Below are positions 31,782 through 40,907 of a stretch of DNA of 64,000 nucleotides, in pieces. The DNA is from Desulfatiglandales bacterium (lineage in GTDB: Bacteria > Desulfobacterota > DSM-4660 > Desulfatiglandales > Desulfatiglandaceae): NCBI GenBank assembly GCA_963662465.1, contig OY759599.1, forward strand, positions 6,656,001 through 6,720,000. Reading direction: 5' to 3'. The notes under the pieces were generated by a model. It ran no database searches, was not told the DNA's origin, and saw only the letters and a list, made by a program, of their open reading frames with translations. The stretch's first letter is position 1, and every line of letters starts with the position of its first letter. A program made the translations under genes and the position numbers.

Positions 31782-34700
31782 TCAAATTTCTTTCATGAAC
31801 CCGTCGATGCTTTCCATGAGCTTCTCTCTATCCAGTTTAAGCTGGTAGTCGTCAATGCCCACTTTTTTCCCCCTAAGCATATCCTCATCTTCCGCCAGAG
31901 TGGTGAGTGCAATGACGGGCAGGTGAGCGTAACGGGTATCGGATTTGATCCTTTGTGTCAGCTCGAATCCGTCCATGTTGGGCATTTCAAGGTCCGTTAC
32001 CACCATCGCGATACGCTCTCCGTGTTCTTGAAGAAGGTCCCATGCCTCTTGGCCATCCGCCGCTGCAAGGACCTTGTACCCCGCTGCTTCCATGAACCCC
32101 TTGACCTGATCCCTGAAGAAATTAGAGTCTTCGGCCATCAGAATTTGAGTGGCGGACTCATCGGTGTTATCCGCATGGTTTTTGTCGGCAAACCAGTGAG
32201 GGTTGAGGGTCTGAATGATATCAAAGATGTCCACCAGCAGAGTGGTCCGGCCGTTAATGATGATTGAACCCATGATGCCGGGTTGTTTCAGCGCCATTTC
32301 ATCCGTTTTGCCGATGACCTCAACGGCGTCTACGGGTCCCGTGGCCAGAAGCCCGATTTCTCTGCCTGCCAGCAGGAAAACGAGGACCAGCAGATGTTTT
32401 TTTTCGGCCAGGGGGTTAACCTTCGCCACCTGGTCGATGGTAAAGAGCAGAAGGTTGCCGCCCCGGTATTGTACGACTCTTTTGCCGCCCACCTCTTCCA
32501 TATCCGTGGCGGCAATTTTTTCGATTCTGATACAATGGTTCAGTGGAACGGCAAACTGTTCATCGCAGGCGTTAAAGAAAACCAGGAGAGATTGTTTGTT
32601 TTGTCCGGTTCTTAGCGTTGCTTCCGCCTTCCGTTCCAGCTCCGCGGCCCGCGTCATTTCATGTACGGAAGAAAGCTCCGCCAGTTGGGCCAGTTCCATG
32701 ACATCCAGAATCAATGCCACCCTGCCGTCGCCCATGATGGTGGCCCCGGCATACCCTTTGGTCTGCTTGAGATGTCGGCCCAGGGGATGTACCACGATTT
32801 CTTCCGAATCAAAGAGCGCGTCCACCACCAGGCCGTATTTCATGCTTCCGGAGGAGACGACGACGATGTTGATCCCGCTGGCCACCCGATAGCGGCGGTC
32901 ATCGCAAGACCGTAGTGGGTGGGTTTCGAAGGAGCTGTCTTCGATTTGGGTTTCACGAGCGCCACGGGAACCGAAAAGGGGAATCTTTTTCGATCGTCGA
33001 TCCGCAATCCGCTTGCGACGGTCCTTTTGGTTTTGACGGGTGTGAGGGTCCGTATAGGTTCTCCGAATTCCCAGTAAATCGGCAAGTCTGACCAGCGGTA
33101 ACAGGCTGGAACGCAGCCGGACCACTTCCGCATCGCCGATCAGTTCGATCCGTTTTTTGGCCTGATCGGCCGGAATGCGGATCAGTTCTTCCAGATTGAC
33201 CTGGGGGACCGCATAACGGTTGCCCCCGGTCAGAATAATCTGGCTGGGGATAATGGCCAGGGTCAGGGGAACCTTGATCCTTACGGTGGTTCCTTTTCCC
33301 GGCGAGGCGTCAATCTCGATTTGTCCCCCCAACCGGTCCAGGTTGGTTTTGACCACATCCATGCCCACTCCCCGGCCGGATAGATCCGTTACGGCCCGGG
33401 CCATGGAAAATGCCGGCAAAAAGATCAGGTCTATTTTTTCATTGTCTTTCAACTCCCGGGCCTGATCTTCCGTGATGAACCCTTTTTCAATGGCTGCCGC
33501 GGCCACCAGGTCGCCGTCGAGACCCCGTCCATCGTCGGAAATTTCAATGTTTACCCGGCCTGCTTCATGAAATGCCTTAAGGCTGATCCTGCCTATGGGG
33601 TGTTTTCCCGCCTTTTCCCTTTCCAGGGGTGTTTCAATGCCGTGATCGATGGCATTTCTCACCAGATGCGTGAGTGGGTCGCCGATGGTTTCAATGAGGG
33701 TTTTATCCAGTTCTACATCCTTTCCGTCAATGTGCAATGCCACTTCTTTGTCCAGGCTTTGGGCTAGATCCCGCGCCAGCCGGGGAAATTTATTAAAAAC
33801 ACTTCCAATGGGCTGCATTCGGGTGCGCATGATCGCTTCCTGAAGTTCGGAGGTAATATGATCGATCCTTTTGGCCACCATTTCCGAGGTGTGATGATCT
33901 TTTCCGGCCAGGGCTTGAAGCAGTTGGTTGCGGCCGAGGACCAGTTCGCCCGCAAGGGCCATGAGCGAATCCAGGAGACTGACATGAACCCTCAGGCTGG
34001 TGTCGGAAGCCTCCTTATCCTTATGGTGTTCTTCAGGCACGGGTTCCACGGGGGAAGCCTTTTCCGGTTTGGGTGAGGTTGTCCGTCTCTCCTCATCCGT
34101 CTCATGCACATGGTCCGGGTTTATATCAAAGAGCGTTGCAATGTCTTCTGGATCCAGTACGCAGGCGAAAACAAGTGTCAGGGTTTGAAGGTCGTGGTTT
34201 TTATGAAGCTGGTGAGCCAGCACATTCCCGTAACCATCGGCTTCCTTCAGAATGTCTTCGGGAAAACGAGCGCCCTTTCCGGAATTTCGCGCCATTGGAA
34301 TTTCGATGCGGTAAACGGATTTCCCTTCTGCTTTCATTTCCGCCAATTGGCCAGGATCAATGGACAAATCAGTCGGGGTGGTGGTCAAGGCATCTGGAAG
34401 AGATGCGCCGGTCTGGGGTTTTGAAAGTTCAGGGGGCCTGGGCATGGATTCCGGTGGATGGGTCAGGGAAGAGAGTGCGCGAATGGGATCGGAAATGTCC
34501 ATTTGATCGCTGGTTTCCACATGGATTAAGAGATTTTTCAGGATATCGGATGCCAGCAGGAGAAAATTGATGTTTTCCGGGTTGGGCACGAGTTTTCCAT
34601 TTCGCATGAGTCCCAGAACGTTTTCCATGTGGTGCGAAAGGGTTTTGATGTTCTCGAGGCCCATAAATCCTGCCCCGCCCTTGATGGAATGGGCCGCACG

Positions 34701-34838
34701 AAATACCTTATTGACTTGTTCCACGTCAATATCTGAACCGGCCTTTTCCATTTCCAGAAAATCCGTTTCGATGCCCGTCAGATGTTCCAGTGATTCATCA
34801 ATATAGGCTTTCAGGGTTTCCTCATCGCCGGTATTCAT
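31782..34838 (-). CDS. cheA: Chemotaxis histidine kinase with two CheW-like domains and a C-terminal receiver
   Basis: FRAAHSIKG Hpt, HLVRNAIDHG, SGRGVGMDVV, C-terminal TDLEMP; start at MNTGDEE. Confidence 0.95.
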   Translation of the reverse strand: MNTGDEETLKAYIDESLEHLTGIETDFLEMEKAGSDIDVEQVNKVFRAAHSIKGGAGFMGLENIKTLSHHMENVLGLMRNGKLVPNPENINFLLLASDILKNLLIHVETSDQMDISDPIRALSSLTHPPESMPRPPELSKPQTGASLPDALTTTPTDLSIDPGQLAEMKAEGKSVYRIEIPMARNSGKGARFPEDILKEADGYGNVLAHQLHKNHDLQTLTLVFACVLDPEDIATLFDINPDHVHETDEERRTTSPKPEKASPVEPVPEEHHKDKEASDTSLRVHVSLLDSLMALAGELVLGRNQLLQALAGKDHHTSEMVAKRIDHITSELQEAIMRTRMQPIGSVFNKFPRLARDLAQSLDKEVALHIDGKDVELDKTLIETIGDPLTHLVRNAIDHGIETPLEREKAGKHPIGRISLKAFHEAGRVNIEISDDGRGLDGDLVAAAAIEKGFITEDQARELKDNEKIDLIFLPAFSMARAVTDLSGRGVGMDVVKTNLDRLGGQIEIDASPGKGTTVRIKVPLTLAIIPSQIILTGGNRYAVPQVNLEELIRIPADQAKKRIELIGDAEVVRLRSSLLPLVRLADLLGIRRTYTDPHTRQNQKDRRKRIADRRSKKIPLFGSRGARETQIEDSSFETHPLRSCDDRRYRVASGINIVVVSSGSMKYGLVVDALFDSEEIVVHPLGRHLKQTKGYAGATIMGDGRVALILDVMELAQLAELSSVHEMTRAAELERKAEATLRTGQNKQSLLVFFNACDEQFAVPLNHCIRIEKIAATDMEEVGGKRVVQYRGGNLLLFTIDQVAKVNPLAEKKHLLVLVFLLAGREIGLLATGPVDAVEVIGKTDEMALKQPGIMGSIIINGRTTLLVDIFDIIQTLNPHWFADKNHADNTDESATQILMAEDSNFFRDQVKGFMEAAGYKVLAAADGQEAWDLLQEHGERIAMVVTDLEMPNMDGFELTQRIKSDTRYAHLPVIALTTLAEDEDMLRGKKVGIDDYQLKLDREKLMESIDGFMKEI

Positions 34839-35025
34839 TATTGTATTCCCCAAGAACGGACATTTTTTTAAAAGTAACATTAAAAATGTCACGTTTCAAG
34901 AATAGTTTTAACTGGTTTGCCGAAGAACCCTATCCAGTTGTAAAGATCTTGACAGAAATGGCATGGTTGGCTATTGAATTGGATAAAGAGGGTCATGTCA
35001 ACCATCAATCCCAAGGGAGCTTATC

Positions 35026-35430
35026 ATGAAAGAGATCAATGAGCTGGATCTGCCGGAAGACCTGCGCTACACGGACGATCATGAGTGGGCAAAACTGGAG
35101 GGCGATGCGGCAACCATCGGTGTCACCGACTTCGCACAGGAACAGCTCGGCGATATCGTGTTTGTGGAGCCCCCTCAACCGGGGGATAAATTTAAACAGG
35201 GGGATGAGTTCGGCACGGTGGAGTCGGTCAAGGCCGTAGCGGAGTTGTATATGCCGGTTGCGGGAGAGGTTATCGAGGTGAACCATGCCCTTGAAGATGC
35301 CCCCGAATTGCTGAATAAGCGCCCTTATACCGACGGATGGATCATTCGAATTAAACCCGATGATGTTTCCAGTCTGGACGGCCTTATGGACAAAGGGGCT
35401 TATCTGAAGATGCTGGAGGGATCTGAATAG
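35026..35430 (+). CDS. gcvH: Glycine cleavage system H protein
   Basis: HEW, GVTDFAQEQLGD, VESVKA lipoyl-Lys. Confidence 0.96.
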   Translation: MKEINELDLPEDLRYTDDHEWAKLEGDAATIGVTDFAQEQLGDIVFVEPPQPGDKFKQGDEFGTVESVKAVAELYMPVAGEVIEVNHALEDAPELLNKRPYTDGWIIRIKPDDVSSLDGLMDKGAYLKMLEGSE

Positions 35431-36771
35431 ATGCGTTATTTGCCGCATACCCGCGAGGATATGGCCCAGATGCTTCAGGTTGTGGGTGTCGCCGGCCTGG
35501 ATGACCTTTTTTCCATGGTGCCTGAGGGGTGTCGTCGTCATGGGGTCCTTGATTTGCCCGAACCGATGACGGAATGGGAGTTGGATGCGCATATGGCCGC
35601 CTTTTCAGGAGAAAGTGATAAGGCCCTCGATGGCGGTTCATGCCCTCAAATTTTCCTGGGTGCGGGCTGCTATGACCATTTTATTCCTGAATCCATTCAT
35701 TACCTTCTGGGCCGTTCGGAGTTTTCGACGGCCTATACCCCCTATCAGCCGGAAATGAGCCAGGGGACCCTCCATGCCATCTACGAGTATCAGACCCTGA
35801 CTGCACGGTTGCTGGGGATGGAGGCGGCCAATGCCTCCCTTTATGACGGCGCTTCCGCCCTGGCTGAAGGATTGCTCATGGCCACACGCATTACCGCCGG
35901 GAAAAAGGTGGCGGTATCAAGGGTGATTCACCCCCATTATCGGCAGGTGGTTCAAACGTATCTGAGGCCTGCGGGCGTGGAAATTCTGGAACTGCCCTGG
36001 CTTGAAAACGGGAGGACGGATTTGTCCGGGTTAGGGAATGTGGATGTGGCTGCCGTGGCCGTGCAGTCGCCCAATTTCTTCGGGTGTATTGAAGATCTGG
36101 CGGGTATCGGCGACATCTGCCGGGAAAATGGCGCCCTTTTTGTCGCCGCCTTTACTGAACCCCTGGCCTACGGCATTCTCAAGAATCCGGGGAGCCAGGG
36201 CGCCCATATTGCCTGTGGAGAGGGTCAGAGCCTGGGCATTCCCCAGTGGTTCGGGGGCCCGGGAGTGGGGATGTTTGCCTGCAAGTCAAAGTATATGCGC
36301 AATATGCCCGGACGTCTGGTGGGACAAACCCGGGACAAACAGGGTCGGCGGGGATTTGTGCTGACCCTGGCTACCCGGGAACAGCATATTCGACGTGAAA
36401 AGGCAACGAGCAACATTTGCACCAACAGCAGCCTTTGCGCCCTGTCAGCCGCCATGTATATGGCATCCCTGGGGGGGACGGGCATGCGGGAACTGGCTGG
36501 GCTCAATTACGACAAGGCCGGTTATCTCAAGGGGGAACTCCGAAAAGCGGGGTTTGAGATTCCATTTGAGAGCCCCACTTTCAATGAATTCGTGGTTGAG
36601 TTTCCGTCCGGTTTCGACAAAATCCATCACCGGCTGGCCAAAAAAAATGTGGTGGCGGGATTACCCCTGTCCCCCTATTATCCCGAATTGGCAAACGGGC
36701 ATCTTCTCTGCGTCACGGAAACCAAGACCAAAGGGGATATGGATGCCTTTGTAAGGGAGGTTGCATCATGA
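35431..36771 (+). CDS. gcvPA: Glycine dehydrogenase subunit 1
   Basis: MRYLPHT, YTPYQPEMSQG, REQHIRREKATSNIC. Confidence 0.96.
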   Translation: MRYLPHTREDMAQMLQVVGVAGLDDLFSMVPEGCRRHGVLDLPEPMTEWELDAHMAAFSGESDKALDGGSCPQIFLGAGCYDHFIPESIHYLLGRSEFSTAYTPYQPEMSQGTLHAIYEYQTLTARLLGMEAANASLYDGASALAEGLLMATRITAGKKVAVSRVIHPHYRQVVQTYLRPAGVEILELPWLENGRTDLSGLGNVDVAAVAVQSPNFFGCIEDLAGIGDICRENGALFVAAFTEPLAYGILKNPGSQGAHIACGEGQSLGIPQWFGGPGVGMFACKSKYMRNMPGRLVGQTRDKQGRRGFVLTLATREQHIRREKATSNICTNSSLCALSAAMYMASLGGTGMRELAGLNYDKAGYLKGELRKAGFEIPFESPTFNEFVVEFPSGFDKIHHRLAKKNVVAGLPLSPYYPELANGHLLCVTETKTKGDMDAFVREVAS

Positions 36772-38225
36772 ACAAACCCCTTGCGCCCACCGGCCTGAAC
36801 CTGGATGAACCCCTGCTCTGGGAGATGGGAAAAGCGGGGCGGACGGCATTTTCCATGCCCCGGCGTGACGTGGAAGCGTTGCCTCTGGACAAGGAAGTCG
36901 CGGGAGAGGGGCCTGATTTTCCGGATTTGAGCGAAATGGGTGTGGTGCGGCATTACACCCGGCTCAGCCAGTGGAATTTCGGCGTGGATACGGGCATGTA
37001 TCCTCTGGGCTCCTGCACCATGAAGTACAATCCCAAGATCAATGAAAAATTCGCCCGCTTAAAGGGCTTTGCGGGACTGCACCCGTTGTTGCCGGGGTCC
37101 ATGACCCAGGGGGCACTGCGGTTGATGGGGACGCTGGAACAATTTCTGGCGGAGATCACGGGGATGGATGCGGTGAGCCTTCAGCCCGCGGCCGGCGCAC
37201 AGGGGGAACTGACCGGCATGCTGTTGATCCGTGCGTATCTTCAAAGCCGCAACGGGGTGCGACGAAAGATCATTATTCCTGATACGGCCCACGGCACCAA
37301 TCCCGCCAGCGCGACCCTGTGCGGCTTTCGTCCGGTTCGGGTTGAGTCGGGTCCACGGGGAATCCTGACGCCGGATGCTGTCAGCGCCGTCATGGATGAG
37401 GATACGGCCGGCATCATGATCACCAACCCCAATACCCTGGGGCTGTTTGAGGAACACATTCAAGCCATCGCCGATATTGTTCATGCCGGGGGCGGGCAGG
37501 TTTACTGCGATGGGGCCAATATGAACGCGGTCATGGGGATGGTTCATATGGGCCGGAGCGGCGTGGATGTGTTGCACCTGAACCTTCATAAAACCTTTTC
37601 CACGCCTCACGGCGGGGGCGGTCCGGGGGCCGGCCCCGTGTGCGTGGCCTCGCACCTGATGCCCTTTCTGCCGATTCCCAGGATTCTGGAAAAGGCCGGC
37701 GTTTATCGCCTGAGCGAAGAATTCCCCGAATCCGTGGGAAGGCTCCACTCATTTGCGGGTAATTTCGGCGTCATGATCAAGGCCTACGCCTATATTCTTT
37801 CCATGGGGGCCGAGAATTTGAAAAACGCCAGCCGACTGGCTGTTTTGAACGCAAACTATATCAAGGAAAGATTGAAGGACGTTTTTCACCTTCCCTATGA
37901 CAGGCCCTGCATGCATGAGTGCGTTTTCTCCGATAAATTTCAACGGCGCCAAAAGATTACCACCCTGGACATGGCCAAACGCCTCATGGATTTCGGTTTT
38001 CATCCGCCCACCATTTATTTTCCCCTGGTGGTGGATGGCGCCATGATGATTGAGCCCACCGAGACCGAGACCCGGGAAGAGATCGATCGGTTTATCGAGG
38101 CGTGCCGTATGGTGGCAACGGAAGCCGTGGAATCCCCTGATCTTTTACGCGAGGCGCCAAAACGGTGCAGGGTAGAACGGCTGGATGAAACATCTGCCGC
38201 GCGCAGGCCCTGTTTAATGGGTTGA
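36768..38225 (+). CDS. gcvPB: Glycine dehydrogenase subunit 2
   Basis: YPLGSCTMKYNP, HLNLHKTFSTPHGGGGPG PLP-Lys, IEPTETE. Confidence 0.96.
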   Translation: MNKPLAPTGLNLDEPLLWEMGKAGRTAFSMPRRDVEALPLDKEVAGEGPDFPDLSEMGVVRHYTRLSQWNFGVDTGMYPLGSCTMKYNPKINEKFARLKGFAGLHPLLPGSMTQGALRLMGTLEQFLAEITGMDAVSLQPAAGAQGELTGMLLIRAYLQSRNGVRRKIIIPDTAHGTNPASATLCGFRPVRVESGPRGILTPDAVSAVMDEDTAGIMITNPNTLGLFEEHIQAIADIVHAGGGQVYCDGANMNAVMGMVHMGRSGVDVLHLNLHKTFSTPHGGGGPGAGPVCVASHLMPFLPIPRILEKAGVYRLSEEFPESVGRLHSFAGNFGVMIKAYAYILSMGAENLKNASRLAVLNANYIKERLKDVFHLPYDRPCMHECVFSDKFQRRQKITTLDMAKRLMDFGFHPPTIYFPLVVDGAMMIEPTETETREEIDRFIEACRMVATEAVESPDLLREAPKRCRVERLDETSAARRPCLMG

Positions 38226-38249
38226 GATTAAAACGGAGCGATATCCCAA

Positions 38250-38522
38250 ATGAAGTATTATGTTTTTTTTGACAGTTATGGAGATGTAAAAGCGGTATCG
38301 AATGAAAAGGAGCTGGTTGAAAAATATCAAGGTACTCCGGATGTTTTTTTTCAGACCACCTGTGGATCGCTGCCCGATTCCGACCGGCAGCGATCCACCG
38401 GTCATGTGGGGACCTTGACCTTTGATCGGGAATCCGAATTCAGGGATTACCTGGTTTCCCTCACAGATGAAGTCGAGGGTTTTTTTGAATGCGAGGCCGG
38501 GAGCCGGCCCTATAATTTCTGA
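38250..38522 (+). CDS. Hypothetical protein (90 aa)
   Basis: GGAG RBS, co-oriented directly after gcvPB. Confidence 0.6.
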   Translation: MKYYVFFDSYGDVKAVSNEKELVEKYQGTPDVFFQTTCGSLPDSDRQRSTGHVGTLTFDRESEFRDYLVSLTDEVEGFFECEAGSRPYNF

Positions 38523-38891
38523 TTTTTCTTTTCTGCTACAATCGGGATAAGAAACTTTATCAGAATTTTTTGTTCATCCCACGAATGCCTCGGTTCTTTG
38601 AGCTTTTTCCGATAGTTTCTCCTCCGCGACTGAATTGATACCTTTCTGATCCAGCCCTGAAAGGGCGTTCATAAATTATTACTCCCTGTAGATTGTTTGA
38701 ATAATGTTAAGCTCTTACATGAGAGTGGACTCGTAAATTGATGTAAACGTTGCAACCTATATGGTGGAGTAGCGAAGAAAAAATCGGAAGCGCTTCTCGG
38801 TCTAATGAAAAGGTTTTTTTTTAAGGCATGGTCATGAGCTTGAATAATAAAAGGGTGTTAAAACAATCGGTGTATAAAACAATAAAAACAG

Positions 38892-38920
38892 TTGCTTAAA
38901 TAAGAAAAAGTCTCTATAAA
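38892..38920 (+). promoter_or_regulatory. Putative sigma70 promoter of the transposase
   Basis: TTGCTT-17 bp-TATAAA. Confidence 0.5.
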
Positions 38921-38965
38921 GTATATGTCAGAATTGAAATAGTTTTACTTTAAGGAGACTTCCTC

Positions 38966-39894
38966 ATGCATCATAAGGACATCAAAGCGATAAGGGAATT
39001 CCCAAGAAATAATCTACGCACTTTGCCACCTGGTTCCCATGTTCCAGAGAGGGAACCTATACTGTATCCATTCCCACACTGGAGTGTGCAACGAGAGGGA
39101 AGCGTTCAAACACACTGCCCAAATGGATGTGTTTATTGAATCCGGAATTGCGTAGATTATTTCTTGGGAATTCCCTAATCAGAAAACAACTGAAAACCAA
39201 TTGTCGAGACTGGAAACGACTGAAAAAGCGTGAAAAAAAGGAGATCGCCCAAAAAATATTGGAAGAAGTGTTGACGGACTACGATTTCAAAAAGGAAGTT
39301 GAAACGGATAAGCTTGAATTGCTTGGCATTGAAGAGCAGAAGCTTACTTCAGGAATGATGGATTTGGATGAAATGGCTCGATTTATTGAAAGGTGAAGAC
39401 AAAACCTATCAAGGACACAAGGAGATCAACAGTTATATTGGGCTGGAAAATAAGCAAAATCGCATATTTATTGGCCTACCTCTCAACAAAAAGAAAATGA
39501 TAAGCCAGTCCAAATGAGCCAATTCAGAGCAAGCTTATCATTTGAGCAACTGGTCAATTTGACCGTATACATCCTTTACCATTTTCAGCAGTACGGCTTT
39601 CTGGATGGTCGGATGGTCCATTGCGTTGATTCAACGGAGCTGGCAGTTGATTGTCAAGCGTTGTTAGCGAAGTTCAAAGTTAATGGACGAAATATACGTA
39701 TTTATTGTGATATTGACTGCGATTGTGGCAAACGTCGAAATAAGCGAGATAAATCAGTTTATGTTGTAGGTTACCGAATGCATACGCTTACGGCCATTAA
39801 CGCAGAAACGGGCCAAAGTTTTCCTCTTATTTCTCTGCTGGCGCCAGCCAATCATCATGATAGTCATTTTCTTGGGCCGTTGGTTTTTCGGTAA
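38966..39894 (+). pseudogene. DDE-type transposase pseudogene (MITE insertion, stop/frameshifts, 3' truncation)
   Basis: AAGGAG RBS + ATG 38966; removing the MITE restores MHHKDIKAIIRKQLKTN...; later fragments ...VHCVDSTEL...GYRMHTL...PANHHDS resemble a DDE core. Confidence 0.8.
38994..39175. mobile_element. 182-bp non-autonomous MITE
   Basis: 27-bp perfect terminal inverted repeats GGGAATTCCCAAGAAATAATCTACGCA (38994-39020 / 39149-39175); TAA direct repeats at 38991-38993 and 39176-39178. Confidence 0.92.
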
Positions 39895-39898
39895 AGAG

Positions 39899-39927
39899 TT
39901 GCATGGAAAAGCACGATTGTATAGAAT
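39899..39927 (+). promoter_or_regulatory. Putative sigma70 promoter for the 39987 gene
   Basis: TTGCAT-17 bp-TAGAAT. Confidence 0.55.
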
Positions 39928-39986
39928 CGTAAACATAGCGTGAGGTTAAAACCTGCCAATTCTAAGCTGAGAGGAAGAATCGCCCC

Positions 39987-40781
39987 ATGATGAAAATCAA
40001 CTGGCACCGCCTGTTTGGTCTGATGCTCATGGATTATTTTTCAGACCGGGGCTTTCGAGTTGAGCTGGAAAAGGACCTTTCTCAGAAGCGACAGTATCTG
40101 GATGTGGTGATTCTGGAGCAGGAAGAGGCAAAACCCGATCTGTCAGGAATTTGCGACGGTTTTGACAATCTTGCGATCCACAACCTGCTCAGTTACAAGT
40201 CGAAGCGGGAGTCACTGAATATATGGGCTTTGGAGGAATTGATCGCGCATTATGTTAACTATCACAAAATTCTTGGAAGAGACCGAAAAAGAGAAACGGT
40301 TCACCTGTACGCAGTAAGCACGCGGTATCCTGTGGGTCTTTTTTCTGAAATACCGGCTGAAGAAGTTAACCCCGGCGTATGGGAAATTCGTGTGCTGAGC
40401 CGCGATATCCGCATACTGGTTTTGAGTAGACTGCCTCTGGCGCAAAGAAACGCAGTCTTGGCCTTTTTCACTTTTGATCCTGAAAAGGTCCGATTTGCGC
40501 TGTATCATTACCGGTGGCGGATTGACGATGGGTCTACAGTCGTTAACCAGTTGTTGCAAAAATATGCACTGGAGGGAATAAACATGCCTTATACCATGGA
40601 GCAATTCAGGAAGGAATATGTCGAGGCCTATCTGAACGAGTTGGATCCAGAGGAAGTGCTTTCGAAATTCGACCCGGCGGAACGAGTGAAAGGTTTGGAC
40701 CCGGTGGAGCGGCTAAAGGGACTCAAGGTGGAGGAAATAGAGGCTTATCTGAAAAAGCTGAAGAAACGGAAAAAGCATTGA
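39987..40781 (+). CDS. Putative PD-(D/E)xK-fold protein with repetitive C-terminal tail (Rpn-like architecture)
   Basis: VELEKDLS..QYLDVVI...HNLLSYKS pattern; 9-aa C-terminal repeats (LDPEEVLSK/FDPAERVKG/LDPVERLKG). Confidence 0.75.
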   Translation: MMKINWHRLFGLMLMDYFSDRGFRVELEKDLSQKRQYLDVVILEQEEAKPDLSGICDGFDNLAIHNLLSYKSKRESLNIWALEELIAHYVNYHKILGRDRKRETVHLYAVSTRYPVGLFSEIPAEEVNPGVWEIRVLSRDIRILVLSRLPLAQRNAVLAFFTFDPEKVRFALYHYRWRIDDGSTVVNQLLQKYALEGINMPYTMEQFRKEYVEAYLNELDPEEVLSKFDPAERVKGLDPVERLKGLKVEEIEAYLKKLKKRKKH

Positions 40782-40907
40782 GTCGTTCAATTAAACGCTA
40801 AGACCTCGCTCAAAAATAGCATTTTCCCATCTCAGCTTCAGGGTATCTTCGGCTGCTGCTCAATCGTGAAGTCCTCGAAATGATTCGCCAGCGGCCGGAG
40901 AATTTCA

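Noticed and set aside
35428..35433. gcvH TAG directly followed by the in-frame ATG of gcvPA (possible amber read-through fusion)
   Set aside because: GGAGG RBS lies inside the gcvH 3' end, both proteins are normal length, and there are no pyl genes in the window
39394..39396. TGA in the transposase as possible selenocysteine
   Set aside because: Downstream coding continues in other frames with further lesions, consistent with pseudogene decay
40799..40850. Possible end of another MITE after the Rpn-like gene
   Set aside because: No matching inverted partner or target duplication found in the window
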